Of a DNA stretch of 64,000 nucleotides, positions 58,135 to 64,000 are shown one piece after another (the first letter of the stretch is position 1; each line of letters opens with the position of its first letter). Both the position numbers and the translations under genes were made by a program. Source of the DNA: Bacillota bacterium (lineage in GTDB: Bacteria; Bacillota; Sulfobacillia; JAJZYS01; JAJYTV01). The stretch is taken from NCBI GenBank assembly GCA_021793215.1, contig JAJYTE010000001.1, positions 18,329 through 82,328 on the forward strand. The letters are read 5' to 3'. The notes below the pieces were generated by a model. That model saw nothing but the letters and a program-made list of their open reading frames with translations, did not search any database and had not been told where the DNA came from.

Positions 58135-60018
58135 ATGCTCCTCGAACTCAGTGGCGTCGCGGCCGAAGTCTCCGGCCGGACGCTCTTCTCCGACATCTCC
58201 GGCCGCCTGCAGGCGGGGGAGCGCGTCGGACTCACAGGACCGAACGGTGTCGGCAAGACGACGCTGCTGCGCATCGTCTCCGGGCTTCAAGCGCCCGCGC
58301 AGGGCGACGTGCGCCTCCAGGCCGGGATGCGCCTCGGCTACCTGCCGCAGGACCTCGACCTTGGCAGCAGCGGCACGCTCTGGGAGTATGCCCTCGCAGC
58401 CGGAGGCGACGAGGTGCGAAATCTCGAGCGTCGGCTGCGCCGGCTGGAACTGGAGATGGCGGAGGACCCCGCGAAGATGGACGCCTACGGCGGCGCCTTG
58501 AACGCGTATGAGCAGAAGGGCGGCTACGCGTGGGAGGCGAGGGTGCGCCAGCACCTGCGTGGCGTCGGATTCGACGCCCAGGAGGAGGCTCTGCCGCTCG
58601 CCGGGCTCTCCGGGGGACAGAAGGTCCGCCTCGCGCTCGCGCGCCTGCTCCTCGAGTCTCCCGACGTGCTGCTTTTGGACGAGCCGACCAACCACCTCGA
58701 CCTGCCGTCCCTTGCCTGGCTCGAGGAGGCCCTGCTCGGCCAGAAGGCCGGCATCCTCTTCGTGTCGCACGACCGCGCGTTCCTACGTCGGATCGCGACC
58801 CAGATCTGGGACTTCAGCCCCTTGGGCTTCCAGGTCTTCAGCGGGGGCTACGAGGCGTACCGCAGCCACCTCAAGGCGTCGATGGAGCAGCACGAGGCGC
58901 AGGCGCAGCGCCTCGTGCAGGAGCGCGAGAAGCTGGAGGCCTACGTGCGCAAGTACAAGGCGGGCAACCGTGCGACCCAAGCGCATGACCGCGAGCGAAA
59001 GCTCGCGCGGCTCGGCGCGGTGCAGGGGCTGCAGCGGGAGCATCGCATGCGCCTCGACCTGCACGGCAAACCGGCTGGCGAGCGGCGCATGTTCCTGCAG
59101 GTCCGCTCCCTCGGCCTTGCCTACGGCGAGCGGACCCTTTGGCGCGGGGTCGACTTCGTCCTGCCCGAGAGCGGGCGGCTCGGGATCGTCGGCAGGAACG
59201 GCAGCGGCAAGACGACCTTGCTGCGCGCCCTGGCCGGGGAGATCCGCGTCGACGAGGGGGAGGTGATCTGGGCGCTCGGCGCCCAGATCGGCATGCTGCG
59301 CCAGGAAGTGGCGATCGATGGCGAGACGCCGCTCGACGCGCTGTTGCGCCTGCGCGGGCAGACGGTCTTCACCGCGCGCAGCCTGCTCGCGCGCCACCTC
59401 TTCACTCGCGAGCAGATCGATACGCCGGTCGACGCGCTGTCGGGCGGCGAGCGCAGCCGCCTTGCGCTCGCCGTGCTCGTCGCGCAGGGCGCGAACGTGC
59501 TGCTCCTGGACGAGCCGACGAACCACCTCGACGTACCGGCGCAGGAGGAACTCGAATCGGCGCTCGCCGCGTTCCAGGGAACGGTGATCCTGGTGAGCCA
59601 CGATCGCGCGCTGCTCGCGTCCGCGGTGGACACCTGGGTCGTCCTGTCGGGAGATGGCCGCTGGGCGCAGATCACGAGCTGGCAGGCGGTTGCGGAGGAG
59701 ATCGCGCTGCAGCAGGTGCAGGCCGCGCCGAAGGAGGAGGTGCGCACGCGCACCGGCGATGCGACGCAGCGTGCGCGGCGCGCACTGCGAGCGGAGCGCG
59801 CGCAGCGGCGCACCGAGCTCTCCCGCCTCGAGCAGGAGATCGCGGCGCTGGAGGCGGAGCGCTCGGACCTCGAGCGGGCACTGCGCGAAGGGAGCGGCAA
59901 CGCCCTCGCGCAGGAGGCGACGCGCTACTCCGAGGCGATTGAGGAGCTCGAGCAGAGGTACCTCCGTTGGTCGGAGCTCTCGGAGGAGGCGGAGGACGAC
60001 GCGGGCGAGCCGGACTAG
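58135..60018 (+). CDS. ABC-F ATPase (YdiF/Uup-like)
   Basis: Two NBDs (GPNGVGKT, LSGGQ, LDEPTNHLD, SHDR; GRNGSGKT, LSGGE), no TM helices, C-terminal coiled coil. Confidence 0.92.
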   Translation: MLLELSGVAAEVSGRTLFSDISGRLQAGERVGLTGPNGVGKTTLLRIVSGLQAPAQGDVRLQAGMRLGYLPQDLDLGSSGTLWEYALAAGGDEVRNLERRLRRLELEMAEDPAKMDAYGGALNAYEQKGGYAWEARVRQHLRGVGFDAQEEALPLAGLSGGQKVRLALARLLLESPDVLLLDEPTNHLDLPSLAWLEEALLGQKAGILFVSHDRAFLRRIATQIWDFSPLGFQVFSGGYEAYRSHLKASMEQHEAQAQRLVQEREKLEAYVRKYKAGNRATQAHDRERKLARLGAVQGLQREHRMRLDLHGKPAGERRMFLQVRSLGLAYGERTLWRGVDFVLPESGRLGIVGRNGSGKTTLLRALAGEIRVDEGEVIWALGAQIGMLRQEVAIDGETPLDALLRLRGQTVFTARSLLARHLFTREQIDTPVDALSGGERSRLALAVLVAQGANVLLLDEPTNHLDVPAQEELESALAAFQGTVILVSHDRALLASAVDTWVVLSGDGRWAQITSWQAVAEEIALQQVQAAPKEEVRTRTGDATQRARRALRAERAQRRTELSRLEQEIAALEAERSDLERALREGSGNALAQEATRYSEAIEELEQRYLRWSELSEEAEDDAGEPD

Positions 60019-60027
60019 CGGCGAAGC

Positions 60028-60906
60028 CTAGAGCGGGGAGAGTTCCCGAACGCCTCCCGGGGAGACGTCGAGCACGAAGTTGTCGATCAGGCGGACGCCG
60101 CCGACGTACGCGGCGACAGCGAGCAGGACGCGCCCAGTGACGCGCTCGAGGGGGGAGAGGTCCTTGGGATCCACTACGGCAGCGTAGTCGGGCCGTACGG
60201 CAGGATCCTCGGAGAGGACGCCGTGCATCGTGCGGGCGACGACCCCGGCGTTCCGCTCTCCCGCCTCGAGAAGTGCTCGTCCGGCCGAAAGGGCCCCGAA
60301 GAGCCGCAGCGCGCGCTGGCGCGCGGACGCGTCGAGGTGGACGTTGCGCGAGCTGAGCGCGAGTCCGTCGGACTCCCGCACGGTCGGGACGACCATAACG
60401 GCCACCGGCACGCTCAGGTCGTGCACCATGCGTCGGACGACCGCGGTTTGCTGCCAGTCCTTCTGGCCGAAGAAGATGGAGTCCGGCTGCGCGATCTGCA
60501 GCAGCTTCAGCACAACCGTCGCCACCCCTTGGAAGTGCGTCGGGCGCGTCTCGCCCTCGAGTACGCGCGATAGTTCCGGCAGGGAGACGAAGGACTGCAT
60601 CGGCTCCGGGTACATCTCCTCGATGGAGGGGGTGAAGGCGGCATCGACACCGGCTGCGCGCAGCATGCCGAGGTCCCGGACGAGATCCCGCGGGTAGCTG
60701 TCAAAGTCCTCGGTCGGGGCGAACTGCAGTGGGTTCACGAAGATGCTCGCAACGACGAAGCCGCATTCGCGCCGCGCTGCGGCGCACAGGGAAATGTGCC
60801 CTTCGTGGAGGTAGCCGAGCGTGGGAACGAGGCCGACGCGCGAACCACCTGCGCGCGCGGCGCGCGCCGCGGCGCGCACCTCTTCGATCCTGGTGAACTC
60901 TAGCAC
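60028..60906 (-). CDS. panC: Pantoate-beta-alanine ligase
   Basis: VPTLGYLHEGH, SIFVNPLQF, RPTHFQGV, FGQKD, GLALSSRN, RLIDN. Confidence 0.96.
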   Translation of the reverse strand: MLEFTRIEEVRAAARAARAGGSRVGLVPTLGYLHEGHISLCAAARRECGFVVASIFVNPLQFAPTEDFDSYPRDLVRDLGMLRAAGVDAAFTPSIEEMYPEPMQSFVSLPELSRVLEGETRPTHFQGVATVVLKLLQIAQPDSIFFGQKDWQQTAVVRRMVHDLSVPVAVMVVPTVRESDGLALSSRNVHLDASARQRALRLFGALSAGRALLEAGERNAGVVARTMHGVLSEDPAVRPDYAAVVDPKDLSPLERVTGRVLLAVAAYVGGVRLIDNFVLDVSPGGVRELSPL

Positions 60907-61818
60907 CTATCTCGGTCCTCCGTAGGGATTGCCGACTTCGCCGCTGCCTTCCCGGACGCCCTCGGGATGGCGCCGTTCGACCCGCCGCACCGCCGCGAGG
61001 ACGTCCGCCTCCGCGTCGCCGAGGGTCGTAGCGTGTTCCGGCCCTGGGAAGGCGCCCTCGCGCACATCGTGCGCGTATGAGACGGCCGCATCCTTGATCG
61101 CCTGTCCGATCTCCGCGTAGCGGCGGTTGTGCCGCAGGACACCGCCGCCGATCCCAAGCATGTCGTGCAGGACGAGCACCTGCCCGTCGCAGCCGCCGCC
61201 CGATCCGATGCCGATCGTGGGGACCTTGAGCCGTCGTGAGATCTCGGCCGAGACCTCAGCCGGCAAGAGTTCCATGACGATCGCGCAGGCGCCGGCGTCC
61301 TCGAGCGCGAAGGCGGACTCCATCAGGCGGGCGGCGGCCTCGGCCGTGCGCCCCTGCACGCGGAAACCCAGCGCGTGCACCGACTGCGGCGTGAGGCCGA
61401 TGTGTCCGATGACAGGGATGCCCACCTCGACGAGTCGGCGGACGGTGGGCGCAACCTCCGTACCGCCTTCCAGCTTGACCGACTGGGCGCCGCCGTCCTG
61501 CATCAGTCGCCCGGCGTTCCTCAGCGCCTCCTCCGGGCTGACCTGGTAGGTGAGGAACGGCATGTCGGCTACCACGAGCGCCTGATCGACCGCGCGCGCG
61601 ACCATCCTCGTGTGGTAGAGGATGTCCTCGAGCGTCACCGACAGCGTCGTCGCCTGTCCCTGCACCACGTTGCCCAGGCTGTCACCCACGAGGATCGCAT
61701 CGACGCCCGCAGCGTCGATGATGCGCGCCGTCGGGTAGTCGTAGGCCGTCAGCATCGTAATCTTCTCGCCGCGCTCCTTGCGCTCCATGAGCCCTCTGGC
61801 GGTCATGCGCTTCGTCAC
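60907..61818 (-). CDS. panB: 3-methyl-2-oxobutanoate hydroxymethyltransferase
   Basis: MLTAYD, LVGDSLG, ADMPF, VKLEGG, HIGLTPQ, DGQVLV.HD.LG. Confidence 0.96.
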   Translation of the reverse strand: MTKRMTARGLMERKERGEKITMLTAYDYPTARIIDAAGVDAILVGDSLGNVVQGQATTLSVTLEDILYHTRMVARAVDQALVVADMPFLTYQVSPEEALRNAGRLMQDGGAQSVKLEGGTEVAPTVRRLVEVGIPVIGHIGLTPQSVHALGFRVQGRTAEAAARLMESAFALEDAGACAIVMELLPAEVSAEISRRLKVPTIGIGSGGGCDGQVLVLHDMLGIGGGVLRHNRRYAEIGQAIKDAAVSYAHDVREGAFPGPEHATTLGDAEADVLAAVRRVERRHPEGVREGSGEVGNPYGGPR

Positions 61819-62687
61819 CGCGTACTCACCTCCGCGAGCAGTTGTAGCATTTCCTCGGCGCGCAGCGCCCCTGGACTCCCCTTCTCGGCCGCGAGGCGCA
61901 AGAGGACCGGCAGGAACGCGGCGTAGACCTCCGCAGGCAGGCCGGAAAGCGCCTCGAGATGGATCTGCACCGTGCCGACGTCGCCGCGCTCCACGGCGCC
62001 CGTCAGGGCCTGCGGGATGCCGACCGCGGCGACGTTGCGCAGGGTGCCCTCGGCGAGCGGAAGGAGGTCGCGCAGGGCGGCATTTCGCTCGTCCGCCGTT
62101 GCCATGGGCCCCGCGGCCGCCTCGGCGGCGACGGCCAGAAGGCCGACGAGGGCGTTGCTCGCGAGCGCCGCCGCGGCATGCAGCAGCGGCTTGCGCTGCG
62201 CCGAGATGCGCAGCGGAGTCATCCCCAGCGCGCGCGCCAGCTGCTCTGCGCGCGCGGCGACGGCGTCCTCCCCCTGGATGGTGCAGACCGCTCCCGCGAA
62301 GGCGCCGCGGCCCTCCGCCGGCCTGGCGATCGACTGCACCGGGTGGAGGGAGACGACCTCGGCACCCAGGGCTGCTGCCGGCGCCAGAACCGACGTGTCG
62401 AGCACGCCGGAGGTGTGGCAGACGACTTGCTGCGCGCGCAGCCCGCCCTGGGCCGCGAGCGATGCGCAAACCTCGGCGATCCGGGCGTCGGGAACGGTCA
62501 GGTAGACCCAGTCGGCCGCGCGGCAGAGGGCTGCGGCGTCCGAAAGGACAAGGCCCGTCGCCTGCGCGAAGCGCCTTTGGCTCTCGGGGCCGCCGCCGGC
62601 GGCGCCCAGGACCTCCTGCAGACCGCCGAGCGCCAGCGCCAGCGCAGTGCCGACGCGGCCGGGTCCGACGATCGCGGCACGCTCCAA
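61815..62687 (-). CDS. Rossmann-like/DUF2520 oxidoreductase (PanG-like ketopantoate reductase)
   Basis: GPGRVG, TVPD, HTSG, LHP.QS, HAAA..ASN, ALTGAVERGD; coupled to panB. Confidence 0.85.
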   Translation of the reverse strand: MERAAIVGPGRVGTALALALGGLQEVLGAAGGGPESQRRFAQATGLVLSDAAALCRAADWVYLTVPDARIAEVCASLAAQGGLRAQQVVCHTSGVLDTSVLAPAAALGAEVVSLHPVQSIARPAEGRGAFAGAVCTIQGEDAVAARAEQLARALGMTPLRISAQRKPLLHAAAALASNALVGLLAVAAEAAAGPMATADERNAALRDLLPLAEGTLRNVAAVGIPQALTGAVERGDVGTVQIHLEALSGLPAEVYAAFLPVLLRLAAEKGSPGALRAEEMLQLLAEVSTR

Positions 62688-62805
62688 CGCCTTCGCCTCC
62701 CGCCCAATTCTAGCATGTGGACGGAGCGCTGCAGAGGCGGCGAAAGGCCGCCTTGCCTCTGTGCGCTATGATATGTGAAGCATGCGATGAGCCGGAGGGG
62801 ATCGA

Positions 62806-63591
62806 TTGCCGCCGACCTTCCCGTCGAACCCGTTCCGAGACGCGCTGGGCATCGAGATCGAGATCCCGAAGCGCGGCGCTTGCGTCGCGCTGTTGCCTGG
62901 CCTGCCCGCATCGCGCGATCCCTCGGGGGGGATCGCCCAGGGCTCCTTGGCGACGCTCTGCGACATCGCGATGGGCCACGCCATCGGGGGGCAACTGCGG
63001 GCGGACGAGCCGTTCGCGACAGTGCACCTGCAGATCGCCTTCCACCGCGCGGCGGGAGACGGCCCGCTGCAGGGTGAGGGGGATGCACCGCCGCTGGAAT
63101 CCGGCTGGAAGGAGGCCATGGCGACCTGCCGGGTCCGGCGGGAGGACGGCGGCCTGGTGGCGACCGCCCAGGGCTACTTCGCGCGCCGCCCGCCCGGCGC
63201 TGCGCGGCAGCCGCTGCCGGCCGCGGACCGAAGTGCGCAGCCGGACCTGCCTGCGCTGCTCGGGCTGCAAGGCGACGACGCGGCCCTGCGGCTGGCCGTC
63301 GGCGGCGCCCTCCTGAACCCCGACGGCGTCTGCCATGGAGGCGCTCTGGCCGCTGCGCTGGACCTCGCGATGCGCCGCGCGCTCTCCGCGCGCTCCGCGG
63401 GGAGGGATATCGCGCTGCGCACCCTCGATGTGCGCTACATCCTACCGGCCCTGCCCGGCGATGTCACGCTCGCGCCCGGCATCGACCGCAAGGGACGCGC
63501 CATCCACTTCGCGCACGCGCGCGCGCTTGGTGCCGACGAGCGGACGCTCGCGGCCGCCGTCGGCATCTACGGGGCGGGCTTCCCGGCGTAA
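62806..63591 (+). CDS. Tandem PaaI-like hotdog thioesterase
   Basis: Two hotdog halves (GIAQGSLATLCD; NPDGVCHGGALAAALD). TTG start after GGAGG. Confidence 0.75.
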   Translation: MPPTFPSNPFRDALGIEIEIPKRGACVALLPGLPASRDPSGGIAQGSLATLCDIAMGHAIGGQLRADEPFATVHLQIAFHRAAGDGPLQGEGDAPPLESGWKEAMATCRVRREDGGLVATAQGYFARRPPGAARQPLPAADRSAQPDLPALLGLQGDDAALRLAVGGALLNPDGVCHGGALAAALDLAMRRALSARSAGRDIALRTLDVRYILPALPGDVTLAPGIDRKGRAIHFAHARALGADERTLAAAVGIYGAGFPA

Positions 63592-63681
63592 GGGACTGCA
63601 GCGTGCAGCTGCGTGCGGCGCGCACGTGCGCATGCCGCGATAGCTTGTACAATGGGTGTGCGCGCTGATCTCGTGGGGAGC

Positions 63682-64000
63682 GTGGACTGCATCAGCTTCG
63701 ACCTCGTCTTCCTGCAGGGCCTCTTGGGAGCCGTTTCACCGTGCGCCTGGCCCTTGCCGGTCACGGCGATCGTGCTGGCGCTGGCCGGCGGCAAGGGACA
63801 GGCTGTCGTTCGAAACCGCCTGCTCGCCTACGCCGCCGGATTCGTCGTCGCGTTCACGCTGCTGCACCTCTACGGGACACCCCTCGCGGCCTGGCTGGAG
63901 CGGCGCAGGTTGGTGGGAGAGCTGGCGCTCGCGTTCCTGCTGGCCTACGAGGGTCTCTTCCTGTTCGGCGTGAAGAACATCTGGGCGCGACTGCGGGCCG
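63682..64000 (+). CDS. CcdA/DsbD-like membrane protein, truncated by the window edge
   Basis: Frame reads VFLQGLLGAVSPCAWPLP...LAYAAGFVVAFTLL (SPC..P motif); SD GGGGAG. Confidence 0.55.
   Translation, partial: MDCISFDLVFLQGLLGAVSPCAWPLPVTAIVLALAGGKGQAVVRNRLLAYAAGFVVAFTLLHLYGTPLAAWLERRRLVGELALAFLLAYEGLFLFGVKNIWARLRA

Noticed and set aside
1-64000. CRISPR array, tRNA/rRNA, IS element, integrase, prophage or known defence system
   Set aside because: No regularly spaced repeats, cloverleaf or rRNA signatures, or transposase, integrase or phage structural motifs seen by eye.

Overview
A 64-kb, very GC-rich chromosomal segment, most likely from a high-GC spore-forming Bacillota. Evidence for this is a tlp spore gene, a T-box leader on proS, an Amidase_6 protein, strong GGAGG Shine-Dalgarno (SD) sites and many TTG/GTG starts. 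I found no rRNA, tRNA, CRISPR array, integrase or transposase. Main content: a duplicated mntR-mntH manganese module whose first mntR is a 43-codon internal-deletion relic; a 9-gene acyl-CoA/beta-oxidation operon with ETF and a TetR regulator; an asnB pseudogene; a PIN-PhoH protein with a Cys4 insert; tlp; envelope genes; codA; an OmpR-family two-component system with a secreted target; kynU; an NRAMP-related Mg-type transporter; a MacB-type ABC transporter; an aquaporin; sucAB; murB; T-box-proS; glpK-glpD; an RRM protein; TetR-MFS; ABC-F; and panG-like-panB-panC. The most promising unexplained signals are a two-state SD-sequestering 5' UTR on the RRM gene, the mntR relic with a retained operator, the Zn-ribbon insert in PIN-PhoH, a structured leader on the Mg-type NRAMP, and a small GH-like Cys-cluster protein resembling haloarchaeal hypotheticals. 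All calls were made by eye, without database searches or folding software.
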